Positions 1 to 9,943 are shown, counted from the first letter of the stretch. The stretch: 64,000 bases of DNA from an uncultured bacterium (GCA_965371225.1 CBDUXP010000003.1:73840-137839), one strand, 5' to 3'. Notes: generated from the letters alone by a model not told the origin. A program made the numbers and translations.

Positions 1-119
1 CGCGCGCAGTGGTAGGATAGGCGACCGTCCTCGTCGCGTGCGTCTCGTGCAAACGGCTTCCCACGATACTGCATTCCCCAGCAGCCCGCCAGTCCGCTTC
101 GCGTCGCCCCGTCTGTACG

Positions 120-2459
120 ATGCCTGACGGCTCCCCCGCGGTCCCGGCGGGCGGGGTCGACGGGCGAACACCGCGTCGGCACCTGGTGCGCATCGCGGGG
201 TTGCTGTTCATTGGGTTGGCCCTGTTCCTCGGGCGGGGCGCGTTCACCACCGGCTACTACGATTCGGCCGTGACCTTGCTCGGCCACTACCCCTGGCGCA
301 GCGAGGTGCCGCCGCCGCCGCCCCGGGACATGAACCGGTTGCTCACGGATCAGCCGACGCAGTTTCTCGTGTGGCGCGATTTCGCGGCCAACGAGATTCG
401 GCAAGGGCGCCTGCCCCTGTGGAATCCCTGGGCCGCCGCGGGCCGGCCGTTGCTGGCCAACAGCCAGAGTGCGGTGTTCAGCCCCTATCACGTGGGCCAC
501 TACGTGTTCGGCGAACGGGTCGGCGCCTTGTGGTCCGCCGCGGCCCGCTTTCTCGTGGCGGGGTTCGGCATGTGGGTGCTGGCGCGCCGGCTGAACCTGA
601 GCGAGGCCGGCGCGGCGTTCGCCGCCGTGTCCTTCGCATTCTCCGCGCCCATCGTGATCGGGTTGGGGCACCCCCATGGCGCCGGGTACACCGCCCTGCC
701 GTGGCTCCTGGTCGCGGCGCACGCGCTGGCGATGCACCCGGGCCCCGGGGCGGCAGCGCCGGCGGCGGCGGCCGTGGCCCTCGCGTTCGTGACGGGGCAT
801 CCGGAGACCACTTTCCTGATGGTGGTTGGTAGCGGCCTGTGGGGCCTCTGGCTGCTGTGGCGAACGGCGCCGCGCCGGTGGGCCACGGCGCGCTGGGCCA
901 TCGGGGGGATCGCGGCGGGCCTGTTGCTGGCGGCTGCACACTGGCTCCCCTTCGTCGACTACCTCTGGCAATCTTCCGCGTGGGCCGCGCGCGCCGTGCC
1001 GGGAGAACAGGCGGCGACCCCGCTGCGCGCCGTCAGTCTCGTGGCGTGGCTGCTCCCCAACTTCTTCGGGCACCCCCAGGGCACGCCCTTTTGGCTCGCG
1101 GATCAGGATTTCCAATCCATTTCCGCGTATGCCGGGCTCGCGGCGCCGCTGCTTGCCGTGTACGCGCTGCGGCCTCGCGAGATGTCCGGGCCCGTGCGCG
1201 GATTAGCGCTCGTGGCGCTCGTGTGCGCGCTGGCGGTCTACGGTTGCCCGCCGTTGCCGTGGCTCCTGGGGCGCTTGCCCCTGTTTCAGTCCGCCATGAA
1301 TCAACGCCTGCTCACCGTAGTTGTCGCCGCCGTGGCCGTCCTGGGAGGCCTGGGCCTGGACCGTTTGGCCGCGCGCTCCACCGGGCGACGGTGGTGGCTT
1401 GCGTGTGCGGGTCTCGGTGCGCTGATCGTGTTGGTGGGGGTGTTCGCAAACGCCCGCCCGGCCGGCCTGCCGACTCTGGGGCCGAGTCTGGTGCATGCCG
1501 GGGCGGTGCTCGGCGTGGCCGGGGCGGTCCTAGCCGCCGGTGGTGGTCCCTGGGCTGTGGTGGCAATCACGCTGGTCGAGGTGAGCGCATGGGGCTATCG
1601 GTTCAATCCGATCACCCCCGCGGCGCAGCACTATCCCACTACGCCTTTTATCGCGGCGCTCCAAGCCGAACTGGGCGACGATCCGCAGCGGCGGTTGCTC
1701 GCCCGCGGCTATGTCTTCCCGGCGGAGACCCCCATGCGCTTCGGCATCCGGGACGTGAAAGGTTATGACGCGATCGAATCCGCCCGCTACGCGCGGTATC
1801 TGGAACTGGCCATGCGCACCGGCCGCGGCACCGGCGCTCTGCCCCCACCCCAGCGCCGCGTGCCGCTGATGGCGACGTACCGTTCCCGGCTGTTGGATGC
1901 GGCGGCGGCCTCCGTCATCGTGAGCGCCGAACCGCTGAGCGATGTGGGGCTGTCCACGGTGGCGACGGCGCCGGGTCTCTATGCCTACCGCAACGCCCGC
2001 GCCCTTCCGCGCGCGCGGCTGGCCCGCACGGTTGAGCATCTCCCGACCCCCGACGCGGTGGCCGAACGTCTCGCGCAACCGGATCACGACCCCGCAGCGG
2101 TGACGTTACTCGAAGGACTCCCGGGAGAGCGGCTGGAGGCCGGCGCCGGACGCGTGACATTTCTCTTGGACGAACCCACGCGCGTGCAACTGGAAGTGGA
2201 AGCGGAGACCGACGCGGTGCTGGTCCTGGCGGATGTCATGTTCCCGGGATGGGAAGCCACGATAGATGGGCAGCCCACCACCATCTGGACCGCGGACCTG
2301 GCGTTCCGGGCCGTGCGGGTTCCCCAGGGGCGCCATCTCGTCGAGTTCGGCTACTATCCCCGGTCCGTCCGGTGGGGGCTGGCCCTCTCGACCGTTGGGC
2401 TGACGGCGTTCGTGCTCCTCGGCCTGACGGGTGTCCGGCGGCGCCGCGCCCCGGCGTAA
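120..2459 (+). CDS. YfhO-family polytopic membrane protein (glycosyl/lipid transferase-like)
   Basis: 779-aa ORF with many hydrophobic segments. The C-terminal region (GYDAIESARYARYLEL ... PGWEATIDGQPTTIW ... VEFGYYP) is typical of the bacterial YfhO membrane-protein family. Confidence 0.6.
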   Translation: MPDGSPAVPAGGVDGRTPRRHLVRIAGLLFIGLALFLGRGAFTTGYYDSAVTLLGHYPWRSEVPPPPPRDMNRLLTDQPTQFLVWRDFAANEIRQGRLPLWNPWAAAGRPLLANSQSAVFSPYHVGHYVFGERVGALWSAAARFLVAGFGMWVLARRLNLSEAGAAFAAVSFAFSAPIVIGLGHPHGAGYTALPWLLVAAHALAMHPGPGAAAPAAAAVALAFVTGHPETTFLMVVGSGLWGLWLLWRTAPRRWATARWAIGGIAAGLLLAAAHWLPFVDYLWQSSAWAARAVPGEQAATPLRAVSLVAWLLPNFFGHPQGTPFWLADQDFQSISAYAGLAAPLLAVYALRPREMSGPVRGLALVALVCALAVYGCPPLPWLLGRLPLFQSAMNQRLLTVVVAAVAVLGGLGLDRLAARSTGRRWWLACAGLGALIVLVGVFANARPAGLPTLGPSLVHAGAVLGVAGAVLAAGGGPWAVVAITLVEVSAWGYRFNPITPAAQHYPTTPFIAALQAELGDDPQRRLLARGYVFPAETPMRFGIRDVKGYDAIESARYARYLELAMRTGRGTGALPPPQRRVPLMATYRSRLLDAAAASVIVSAEPLSDVGLSTVATAPGLYAYRNARALPRARLARTVEHLPTPDAVAERLAQPDHDPAAVTLLEGLPGERLEAGAGRVTFLLDEPTRVQLEVEAETDAVLVLADVMFPGWEATIDGQPTTIWTADLAFRAVRVPQGRHLVEFGYYPRSVRWGLALSTVGLTAFVLLGLTGVRRRRAPA

Positions 2460-2626
2460 CGCCCGGCACGCGGCGCGGGGGCGTCCGTGGCAGTGGCGGC
2501 CCCCTGGCGGACCGTATAATAGGCCTGTAGCCTGCGAGTGCCCGCTTGGATCGCGCGCGATCCGCCACACGCGGCGGGCAGGGCACTCCCCCGGCTGCGG
2601 TCTCAACCGCGACGGTCCCCGGTCCA

Positions 2627-3589
2627 ATGGTGCAGACGGCAACAGACCTCCCGCAGCGTGCGGCCTCGGCCGGCCCGGTCGGCGCCGCGGGTGAGCCGAA
2701 GCGCGCCTTTACCTACCTGGGCGTGTACGCCGAGCGCCTGTGCTTTTTGCGGGCGCTGAACAGCCAGATGCCGGTGCACCAGCGGGTGGTGGATGACCCC
2801 GTCGCGCGCAAGCTGGTGTCCTGGCGCTGGCGCCTGTTGCTGCCCCTCCTGCGCTTCGGGCGGCTGGAACCGTACATGGTGCTGGAACTGGACCGCCGCT
2901 GGCCCGGCACGGCCATCTACGGGGCGCTGCGGTCCCGCATGATCGATGAGATGCTGGAGGCCCGTCTGCGCCGCCGGTACGCACAAGTGGTGGTGCTCGC
3001 CGCCGGTCTCCAGACGCGCGCTCTGCGCACCCACCTCTTTCCGCCGGGCATCCGCCTCTTCGAGGTGGACTGGCCGGAAGCCCACGCGGAGAAGCTGCGG
3101 CGGGTGGAGCGGGTATTTTCCAGCGTGCCGGAACACGTGAGCTTCGTGACGTGCGACATGACGAGTGGCGAACTGCAAGGCGCGCTCGAGGCGGCGGGAT
3201 TCGATCCGAAAGCGCGGACGGTTTTCCTCTGGGAGGGTTCCACCTTCGCGTTCACCGAGGAGGAAGTGGAGGCCACGCTGCGCAGCGTGCACGCGTCGAC
3301 GGTGCCTGGGAGCGTGCTCATCGGCGATTTCATGGACGGCCGGGTCGTGTATGACGGCCACACGGTGCCCGGCAGCGCGGCCATCATGGAGTTTCTGGCC
3401 GAAATGGAGATGGCCCCGCGGTTCGGCATCCGCCCGGGCCGGGAGGTGGCGTATCTGCGCCGCCGCGGATTCCGGCACCGCCGCACGTACGGGCCGGCGG
3501 ACTTTACCCTGTGGCTGGATACCCACCCGTTCTATCGCGCGCTGACGATTCCCCAGCTGTGGTACATCTGGGAATCCATCGTCCAGTGA
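2627..3589 (+). CDS. class I SAM-dependent methyltransferase (leucine carboxyl methyltransferase / TIGR00027-like family)
   Basis: ORF 2546..3589. The conserved N-terminal region (TYLGVYAERL ... VVDDPVARKLV) and SAM-binding core (VVVLAAGLQTRALR ... FEVDWPE ... VFLWEGSTFAFTEEEV) match the LCM-type O-methyltransferase fold. I take the internal ATG at 2627 as start; the exact start is uncertain. Confidence 0.55.
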   Translation: MVQTATDLPQRAASAGPVGAAGEPKRAFTYLGVYAERLCFLRALNSQMPVHQRVVDDPVARKLVSWRWRLLLPLLRFGRLEPYMVLELDRRWPGTAIYGALRSRMIDEMLEARLRRRYAQVVVLAAGLQTRALRTHLFPPGIRLFEVDWPEAHAEKLRRVERVFSSVPEHVSFVTCDMTSGELQGALEAAGFDPKARTVFLWEGSTFAFTEEEVEATLRSVHASTVPGSVLIGDFMDGRVVYDGHTVPGSAAIMEFLAEMEMAPRFGIRPGREVAYLRRRGFRHRRTYGPADFTLWLDTHPFYRALTIPQLWYIWESIVQ

Positions 3590-4038
3590 AGGCTGCCGCG
3601 CGCCGGTTGCGCTTCTGGCTCTGGTGGGCCTACCTCGTGGAAGTGGGCGCGACGTGCATCTATGCCCAGCAGAGTCGCGCCGGATCAGGCCCATTCCGCG
3701 AGCGGGTAGCCGCGTTCAGTGCCGACGAGGCGGCCCATGCGAACCGGCTGGCGTGTATCATGCACCACACAGGCCGGGCGCCGGGCGCGTGGGCCACTCG
3801 CGCGGTGGCTGCCGCGGCGACATGCTTGGGATGGTGTCTCGCACGACTGCACCAGCGCTTGGTCATGCGCTGCGATCACTTGTTGGAGGTGAGAGGAATC
3901 GCCATCTATGAACGCGTCCTGGCGGCGCTACCGGCGCAGGCCGCTGCGGACCGCGTCGACGTACAGGCCCTGCTCGCGCAAGAGCAGCAGCACGCAGCGG
4001 CCTTGCACGCCTGGTTGGACGGAGCGCCGGTGACATGA
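3586..4038 (+). CDS. COQ7-like di-iron carboxylate protein (demethoxyubiquinone hydroxylase family / ferritin-like)
   Basis: Carries repeated E..H and E...Y motifs typical of COQ7-type di-iron sites (YLVEVGATCIYAQQ, FSADEAAHANRL, LEVRGIAIYERV, LLAQEQQHAAALH). The in-frame GTG at 3586 overlaps the stop of the upstream methyltransferase (GTGA). Confidence 0.5.
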   Translation: MKAAARRLRFWLWWAYLVEVGATCIYAQQSRAGSGPFRERVAAFSADEAAHANRLACIMHHTGRAPGAWATRAVAAAATCLGWCLARLHQRLVMRCDHLLEVRGIAIYERVLAALPAQAAADRVDVQALLAQEQQHAAALHAWLDGAPVT

Positions 4039-5609
4039 GCGCCTTGCGTGCCTCCACTGCGGCGGGCGCGTGGACGGACCCGCCTATCGTCCAGCTCACC
4101 GCGACCTTCCACAATCCCGTGGCCAACGCCATGGCAACGGCGAAGACCTGTTATTCGAGCCAGGGCATCATTCCCCCCGAGAGCGTGGGCGAGAACTATC
4201 TCGACCTGGCGCAGGATCTCTATCGCAGCGGCCACCACACCACCCTGCAGCACATGCACTTTCAGTTCGCGATCGAGCGCGTCTCGCGGCACTGCGTGTG
4301 GAGCTTTCTGCATTCCCATCCGTTCTACAACTCCGAGCAGGTGAGCCAGCGGTTCGTGAAGATGCGGCCGGACATGGCCGCGACGCCGCCGCTCGTGGGT
4401 CGGGCGTTGGACGTCTACCGTGCGTGCATCGACCGGCAGATGGTGGCATACGGCGCCATCCGCGACGGCTTGTTTCCCCTAGCGGCAGCCGCCTACACGG
4501 AGCGGTTTCCCAATCGCGATCCGGAGCAGAAGAAGATCCGCATCCAGATCCTGAAGAAAACCCAGGAGATCGCCCGGTACGTGGCCCCCGTGGCCTCCTG
4601 GACGTACCTGTACCACACGATCAGCGGCATCACGCTGTTGCGCTACGCCCGCCTCTGCAACCAGTACGATACGCCCACCGAGACGCGGCTCCTGGTGGGC
4701 GGGATGGTCGAGGCCGCCCTGGCCGCCGCGCCGGACTTGCGCGAACTGTTTGAGGAACCGCTGCCGTTGGAGGCCACGCCGGAGGCGGTGTTCTTCGCCA
4801 CGCAGCCGGACGGCCGCCTCACCGAGGACGCCGGCACATTTCGCCGCGAATTCGATCGCGCTATGGGCGATCACCTGGCGGTGCTGGTCAGTGCGGCGGA
4901 TGGGAACGAGGAGGTGGTCGCCGCGGCCGTGCGGGAGGTGTTGGGCCTCCCGCGGAACCGCATGACCGACGATAGCGCGCTCGAACGGGTGCTCGACCCG
5001 AAACTCAACCGCCTTCACGGTGAGAACCTGCGCCTGGGTACGCTCTCCAAACTGGCGCGCAGCCTGATGCACGCGCACTACACGTTCCGCAAAGTGCTCA
5101 GCCATACGGGCGACTCCCAGGACCAGCGGCACCGCATGACTCCCGCCAGCCGGCCCGTGCTCCTGGCGCATCTGGGGGAGGAGCCGGACTACCTGACGCC
5201 GCCGATGGTCGCCATGGTGCCGGAGATGCAGCGGCTGTACGACGACTCGATGGCCGACACCTGGGCGGCCATCCGCACCCTGCGCGCCGAGGGCGTGTCG
5301 GCCGAGTTTGCGGCGTACCTCCTGCCCAACGCCGTCAAGGTGCGGTTCACGGAGAGCACGGACTACCTCAACCTGCACCACAAGCACGCCATGCGGCTCT
5401 GCTACAACGCGCAGGAAGAAATCTGGCGCGCGTCGCTCCACGAGGCGGAGGCGGTGAGCGACGTCAACCCCGTCCTCGGCAGTTACCTGCTGCCCCCGTG
5501 CAGCCACCGGGACCAGGCCGGCACGCGGCCCATCTGCCCGGAGGGCGCGCGCTACTGCGGCACGAAGGTCTGGCGCCTGGACCTGAACGAGTACGCGCGC
5601 GTCATCTGA
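4035..5609 (+). CDS. ThyX-like protein (FAD-dependent thymidylate synthase fold), extended 524-aa divergent paralog
   Basis: N-terminal ThyX core ([26 protein letters not shown] ... SEQVSQRFV) aligns to the ThyX GH.S.LEH..F.F.IE.SR / RHR..S...SQRY signature, but with RHC in place of RHR and an insertion. The C-terminal ThyX-like segment ([37 protein letters not shown]) is also present. The ATG at 4035 overlaps the upstream stop (ATGA). Confidence 0.55.
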   Translation: MSALRASTAAGAWTDPPIVQLTATFHNPVANAMATAKTCYSSQGIIPPESVGENYLDLAQDLYRSGHHTTLQHMHFQFAIERVSRHCVWSFLHSHPFYNSEQVSQRFVKMRPDMAATPPLVGRALDVYRACIDRQMVAYGAIRDGLFPLAAAAYTERFPNRDPEQKKIRIQILKKTQEIARYVAPVASWTYLYHTISGITLLRYARLCNQYDTPTETRLLVGGMVEAALAAAPDLRELFEEPLPLEATPEAVFFATQPDGRLTEDAGTFRREFDRAMGDHLAVLVSAADGNEEVVAAAVREVLGLPRNRMTDDSALERVLDPKLNRLHGENLRLGTLSKLARSLMHAHYTFRKVLSHTGDSQDQRHRMTPASRPVLLAHLGEEPDYLTPPMVAMVPEMQRLYDDSMADTWAAIRTLRAEGVSAEFAAYLLPNAVKVRFTESTDYLNLHHKHAMRLCYNAQEEIWRASLHEAEAVSDVNPVLGSYLLPPCSHRDQAGTRPICPEGARYCGTKVWRLDLNEYARVI

Positions 5610-5615
5610 CGGCGG

Positions 5616-6461
5616 CTACCGCCGGAGCCGTCCCCGCCCGAGCCACGCGGCTGCAAAGCAGGCGAATTGCACCATGACGATCGTCGCGCCGGTGGGTACG
5701 GAGAACCGGTACGAGGCCCATAAGCCCACCAGGACCGACCCGAGGCTCACGGCCTGCGCCACGATCGCCAAGTCCCGCAGCCGGCGGGCGACGAGCAGCC
5801 CCGTGGCGCCCGGGATCACGAGACAGGCGCTCACGAGGATGATCCCCACCACGCGGATGCTCACGACGATCGTCAGCGCCAGCAGCACCAGCAACAGGTA
5901 GTACAGCGCCCCCGTGGGCACGCCGCTCACGGCGGCCATCTCTTCATCGAACAGGAAGAATCGCCACTCCTTCGCCAGGAGGGCGCCGCACGCCAGCACG
6001 ACACACATCACCCCCGCCATAGCGATGAGATCGCCGCGCCGCACGCCCAGGATGCTGCCGAACAGGTAGCTCATGATCTCCGGCGTGAACGCATCCCGCA
6101 CCGCCAGGAGGATGAGGCCGAGCGCCATGCTGACGGCGAGGAGGATGCCGATGGCGGTATCCGCCTCCACCGCGGTGCCGCGCGACATGGCCCCGATGGC
6201 GACGGCCACTCCGACGCAAAACACGAGCGCGGTCAGTTGGAGCGTCGCGGTCGGGGCGGCCGTGGCGGGGGACAGGACGAGCCCGAGGGCGATGCCGCCG
6301 AACGCCGCGTGCCCGATACCTTGCCCGATGAACGCCAGGCGCTTGAGCACCACGAACACGCTGAGCACCCCGCAACTGACCCCGACCAGCAGGCCCGCCA
6401 CCAGGGCCCGTTGGAGGAAGTGGTAGTGCCGGAGGGCCTCCAGGAAGCCGGGCTCACTCAT
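5616..6461 (-). CDS. metal (Zn/Mn) ABC transporter permease, ZnuB/MntB family
   Basis: Start taken at [10 protein letters not shown]. Multi-TM protein with the family signature region ([21 protein letters not shown]). Its start overlaps the stop of the upstream ATPase gene (ATGAGTGA). Confidence 0.8.
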   Translation of the reverse strand: MSEPGFLEALRHYHFLQRALVAGLLVGVSCGVLSVFVVLKRLAFIGQGIGHAAFGGIALGLVLSPATAAPTATLQLTALVFCVGVAVAIGAMSRGTAVEADTAIGILLAVSMALGLILLAVRDAFTPEIMSYLFGSILGVRRGDLIAMAGVMCVVLACGALLAKEWRFFLFDEEMAAVSGVPTGALYYLLLVLLALTIVVSIRVVGIILVSACLVIPGATGLLVARRLRDLAIVAQAVSLGSVLVGLWASYRFSVPTGATIVMVQFACFAAAWLGRGRLRR

Positions 6462-7290
6462 GTGGTGGCGATCCGCTCGCGTGGTCGCTGCCGGCCTGAG
6501 GGGCTTGGGAGTGCTCTTCCCCGTGAAACGCCGCTTGATGTTCGTGGTGCTTGAGGAAATACGCGTCCAGCTCGCAGGCGTACACCTCGCGCAACACGGA
6601 TTCGCTGAGCAGCTCGGCCCGGTCATGCCAGTGCAGCGTCCGATTGAGACACGCCACCTGATTCACGTAGGGCAGCATCTCGCCGATGTGGTGGGACACC
6701 ATGAGGATGCTGAGGTCCAGGTCCGCCTGGAGTTCGCGCAACAATTGCAGCACCTGGGCCTGCCCGGCCGTATCGATGCCCGCGGTCGGCTCGTCCAACA
6801 GGAGCAACTGTGGGCCGGGGACCAAGGCGCGCGCGATGATCGCGCGTTGTTGCTCCCCGCCGCTGAGGGTATGGAAGTTGCGGTCCGCGACCGAGGCGAG
6901 CCCCACCCGCGCCAGCATGGCGTCCACGCGGGCCGGCGTATCCGCGGGGACCCGGCGCAAGAGGCCGGACTGCGCGATCGCCCCCATCTGCACCACTTCG
7001 CGCGTGGTCGCCGGATACCGCCTATTGGCCACCGACGCTTGTGGCACGTATCCGATGCGCGTGCGGCGCTCGCCGAGGTGCGCCGGCAGGACGCCGAACA
7101 CCCGGACCTGGCCGCTGGCGGGGCGCACGAGGCCGAGAATCAGCCGCAGCAAGGTCGTCTTCCCGCCCGCGTTCGGCCCGATGAGCGCTACCAGCGTGGA
7201 CGGGGCGACCTCCATGCTGATGTGTTCCAGCGCGACCCGCGCGCCAAAGCGGACGGTCACGTCCTCCAGCACGACGGGGGGGGCGGTCAC
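6454..7290 (-). CDS. metal ABC transporter ATP-binding protein (ZnuC-like)
   Basis: Walker A (LIGPNAGGKTTLL), ABC signature (LSGGEQQR) and Walker B (LLLLDEP). The GTG start at 7290 overlaps the substrate-binding-protein stop (GTGA). Confidence 0.8.
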   Translation of the reverse strand: MTAPPVVLEDVTVRFGARVALEHISMEVAPSTLVALIGPNAGGKTTLLRLILGLVRPASGQVRVFGVLPAHLGERRTRIGYVPQASVANRRYPATTREVVQMGAIAQSGLLRRVPADTPARVDAMLARVGLASVADRNFHTLSGGEQQRAIIARALVPGPQLLLLDEPTAGIDTAGQAQVLQLLRELQADLDLSILMVSHHIGEMLPYVNQVACLNRTLHWHDRAELLSESVLREVYACELDAYFLKHHEHQAAFHGEEHSQAPQAGSDHASGSPPHE

Positions 7291-8151
7291 GGAGCGGGAA
7301 TGGGCGGCAGGACGGCTGCGAGCGCGTCTACGTTGCTGTGCATCATCGCCTCGTACGTATCGTATCCGGTCGTGTCCGTGCGCCCCAGCGGATCCAGCAC
7401 GATGATCGGCGCGCCCGTCTCCTGCGCCAGGGTCTCGGCCACCGCGGGGGAGAACTGCGGTTCCACCGCGATTGCCGGATAGGGCTGCGCGCGCAGCGCT
7501 TCGGTGAGGTGGACGAGGTTCGCGGCCGAGGGCGGCGCGCCGGATGCTGCGTAAATGGAGCCGAGGTTGGCCACGCCACACGCGGCGAGGAAGTGCGGCC
7601 ACGCATCGTGCAGGCACACGATGCCGTACCCGTCCCACGCGCGCGCGGCCCGCTGCATCCGGGCCTGGAGAACGGCCAGCTCCCCGTCGTAAGCTGCCGC
7701 GCGCTTCCGAATGGCGGCGGCGTGTTCCGGGGTGGCGGCGGCCAGTTCGTCCGCGAGCCGCGCCACGTAGCCGCGTGCTCTGGCGGGATCGAGCCAGGCG
7801 TGCGGATTCTCGTCCGGCGCGTGCGCAGCCCCCGGCTCGGCATAGAGCCAGACGACGCGGGCGTCGGTGCCGGTCACCAGCCCCCCGAGCCAGTGGTCCA
7901 CCGCCCCCCCCCAGCCGACGATCAGGACGGCCTCGGCAATCCGTTGCGCTTCCGCCGGCCCCGGTTCGTACCCGTGCGCGGTTCGGCCGGGACGCATGAG
8001 GCTGGTGACCGAGGTGTCGCCGGCCACCAGATGCCGGCACCAGTCGGCCACCGGCGGAATCGTGGCCACCACGGCGGCCGCCTCCGCCGGGCGCGGCGCG
8101 GGCTCGGCACCGCACCCCAGGCATCCGAACGCGAGCGCGCCCCACCGAAGC
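7287..8151 (-). CDS. metal ABC transporter substrate-binding protein (ZnuA/TroA family), secreted/lipoprotein-like
   Basis: TroA-like sequence (AIAVEPQFSPAVAETLAQETGAPIIVLDPLG) and a signal-like N-terminus (PLRWGALAFGCLGCGA). The start is uncertain; I chose the GTG at 8151, but the ORF extends to 8297. Confidence 0.65.
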
Positions 8152-8179
8152 GGCACGCGCCACGCGGGTTGCGCGCGGC

Positions 8180-8911
8180 TCAAGCTTGCGGCGGCGCCGG
8201 CGGCGCGGGAAGGTCCAAGGAGCGTTGGGTGTCTTGGACGAATTGCTCCTCGAGCGCGCGCAAGCCGTCTATCAGTTTGGCGACGATGCGCTCCCAAGTC
8301 TCCCGTTCGTCGGGCATCGTCAACTCTTCAGTAAAGTCCAGCGGCGCGCCGATGCGGCAGTAGATGTCCTTTCCCCAATAGAAGCGCGAGGCCCACACGG
8401 GGAGGATCTGTTCGAGCCCATGATGGTAAATGGGCACGACGGTGCACCGCGTCCGGTGGATGAGCGCGCCGACGCCGGGCCGGCCTTTGGGTTTGATCCG
8501 CCCCGTGGGGGTAATCCCGCCTTCGGGGAACAGCAGCATGGTGCTTTGCTGCAGGCATTCCGACATGAGCTGGTGAGTCTCGCTGCTGAAGCGCCCGCGG
8601 TTGACGGGAATGCACCGGAGCAGCCGGTAGATCATGAACTTCCGAAACGGCGTGGTGACCACGTCGGCCGCGATGGGCGTGTACGGGGACAGCCAGTACT
8701 TCCAGATGGTGCCGTACCCGCGTGCGGCGAACGCGACGAGAAACGGGTCGAGGAAGCTGCGGTGGTTCGCGACGAACAGGGTGTTCGTCGTGCCCGGCAC
8801 GTGCTCCTGCCCCGTAATTGTGAGCCGGTTCAACCGCTTGATCCAACTCACGAACGGCGCGCCCAGGCTGATTTTCAGGCCGTGGCCGATGATGCCCGTC
8901 AGGTCGACCAC
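8180..8911 (-). CDS. plsC: 1-acyl-sn-glycerol-3-phosphate acyltransferase (lysophospholipid acyltransferase)
   Basis: HXXXXD acyltransferase motif (ANHRSFLD) and PEGG motif (FPEGGITPTGR). Confidence 0.75.
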   Translation of the reverse strand: MVDLTGIIGHGLKISLGAPFVSWIKRLNRLTITGQEHVPGTTNTLFVANHRSFLDPFLVAFAARGYGTIWKYWLSPYTPIAADVVTTPFRKFMIYRLLRCIPVNRGRFSSETHQLMSECLQQSTMLLFPEGGITPTGRIKPKGRPGVGALIHRTRCTVVPIYHHGLEQILPVWASRFYWGKDIYCRIGAPLDFTEELTMPDERETWERIVAKLIDGLRALEEQFVQDTQRSLDLPAPPAPPQA

Positions 8912-8912
8912 G

Positions 8913-9071
8913 CTACCCTCCGAGCAGCCACTGCGCGCCGGTCAGCACCACCCACCCCGCCGCGGCGAGCGCGCCCAGCACAATCCCCCACCACACGAGA
9001 ATGATGCCGCATCCCCACATGGTGAGGCTGAGGGGGGCCATCCGCGCCGTGGGCGAACCGGCATCAGCCAT
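8913..9071 (-). CDS. hypothetical small single-TM membrane protein (52 aa)
   Basis: The ATG at 9071 gives MADAGSPTARMAPLSLTMWGCGIILVWWGIVLGALAAAGWVVLTGAQWLLGG. Third-position GC is strongly biased, as in real genes here. It lies between tRNA-Trp and plsC. The longer 78-aa version from the ORF track would overlap the tRNA. Confidence 0.25.
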   Translation of the reverse strand: MADAGSPTARMAPLSLTMWGCGIILVWWGIVLGALAAAGWVVLTGAQWLLGG

Positions 9072-9122
9072 GCGTGGGCTGCACAACAAATCGCCCGACG
9101 GGGGGCCGCCGGGCGACGCGGG

Positions 9123-9194
9123 CAGGGGAGACAGGATTCGAACCTGCAACCCTCGGTTTTGGAGACCGATGCTCTACCATTGAGCCACTCCCCT
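9123..9194 (-). tRNA. tRNA-Trp (anticodon CCA)
   Basis: Reverse complement reads AGGGGAGTGGCTCAATGGTAGAGCATCGGTCTCCAAAACCGAGGGTTGCAGGTTCGAATCCTGTCTCCCCTG. It folds as a cloverleaf: 7-bp acceptor stem, D arm GCTC/GAGC, anticodon loop CTCCAAA, T loop TTCGAAT. The 3' CCA is not encoded. Confidence 0.9.
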
Positions 9195-9294
9195 ACGATA
9201 GGGGAGGCCGAAACCACCCCGGCATCCCAGGGTAGACCGGCCCCTAAGCCCTGTCAAGCTGGGACTTGCGCGGACTTGACAGTGGGCGGCTCGT

Positions 9295-9316
9295 AACCAT
9301 ACTCTTTCGTATGGTT
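9295..9316. promoter_or_regulatory. perfect inverted repeat AACCATAC-N6-GTATGGTT, probable TetR operator
   Basis: The palindrome overlaps the ATG of the tetR gene at 9311. A TTGACA -35-like hexamer sits at 9276-9281. This layout is typical of autorepression. Confidence 0.45.
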
Positions 9317-9943
9317 ACTACTCGCTCAAGACGGGGAAGCTACCTCAAAGGCCTGGTGTGCCGGGAGCGGCTGGAATGGGCGGCTATCCGGGTGGCGGCG
9401 GAGCGGGGCGTGGCCGGTGCGACGGTCGAGGCGGTGGCCGAGGCCGCCGGGGTGACCAAGGGCGCGGCGTACTGGCACTACCGGGACAAGCAGGCGCTGT
9501 TGCTCGCGGCCAGTGACCGGGCGCTTGAGGCGTGGACCACGGATGGTCTGGGGGCGGTGCTGGGACTGCCGACCGCCGCCCAGCGGGTGGGGGCGGTGAT
9601 TGCGGCCCATGTGGATCAGCTCCAGCAGTTGGCCAGCCCGGCGCTGTACCTGACCCGCCTGGCATTCGCCGGCGCGGGGGCAGCGCCGCACCTGCGGCAG
9701 TGGCGCGAACGCCTCCGGCTGATGGTCGGCGCCTCCACCGGCGCGCCGCCGGTTCCGGCCCAGCACGTTGGCGGGCTCATTCACGGACTGCTCGCGGGCC
9801 TCCTGGGCCTGGGCATCCAGTGGGAGGCGCTGCGGGACCGCGTGGCGCTGGAGACGGCGGCCGCCGGGCTGGCCCGCGGCTTTGCTGCTCAACTCGGTGT
9901 GCGCGAACAGATTACAGAACCATACGAATCAGTACTGTTTTAG
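9311..9943 (+). CDS. TetR/AcrR family transcriptional regulator
   Basis: N-terminal HTH region (AAIRVAAERGVAGATVEAVAEAAGVTKGAAYWHYRDKQAL) is the classic TetR signature. Start taken at MVTTRS. Confidence 0.75.
   Translation: MVTTRSRRGSYLKGLVCRERLEWAAIRVAAERGVAGATVEAVAEAAGVTKGAAYWHYRDKQALLLAASDRALEAWTTDGLGAVLGLPTAAQRVGAVIAAHVDQLQQLASPALYLTRLAFAGAGAAPHLRQWRERLRLMVGASTGAPPVPAQHVGGLIHGLLAGLLGLGIQWEALRDRVALETAAAGLARGFAAQLGVREQITEPYESVLF
9918..9939. promoter_or_regulatory. degenerate second copy of the TetR operator (AACCATAC-N6-GTACTGTT) upstream of the aminotransferase gene
   Basis: One half-site is perfect and the other matches at 6 of 8 positions. It lies directly upstream of the AGGAGA ribosome-binding site and the ATG at 9955. 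Confidence 0.25.

Noticed and set aside
2603-3694. 363-aa antisense ORF opposite the methyltransferase gene, and many similar long ORFs on the opposite strand of real genes (for example 4479..5507, 15868..17631, 40499..42934, 19803..20723, 34537..35643)
   Set aside because: In a ~70% GC genome, stop codons are rare in all frames. These ORFs are Arg/Pro/Gly-rich low-complexity translations with no motifs, while the opposite strand encodes clearly recognisable proteins.
8913-9149. 78-aa version of the small ORF next to plsC
   Set aside because: Its 5' part overlaps the tRNA-Trp gene on the same strand. Only the shorter ATG-9071 version is compatible with the tRNA.
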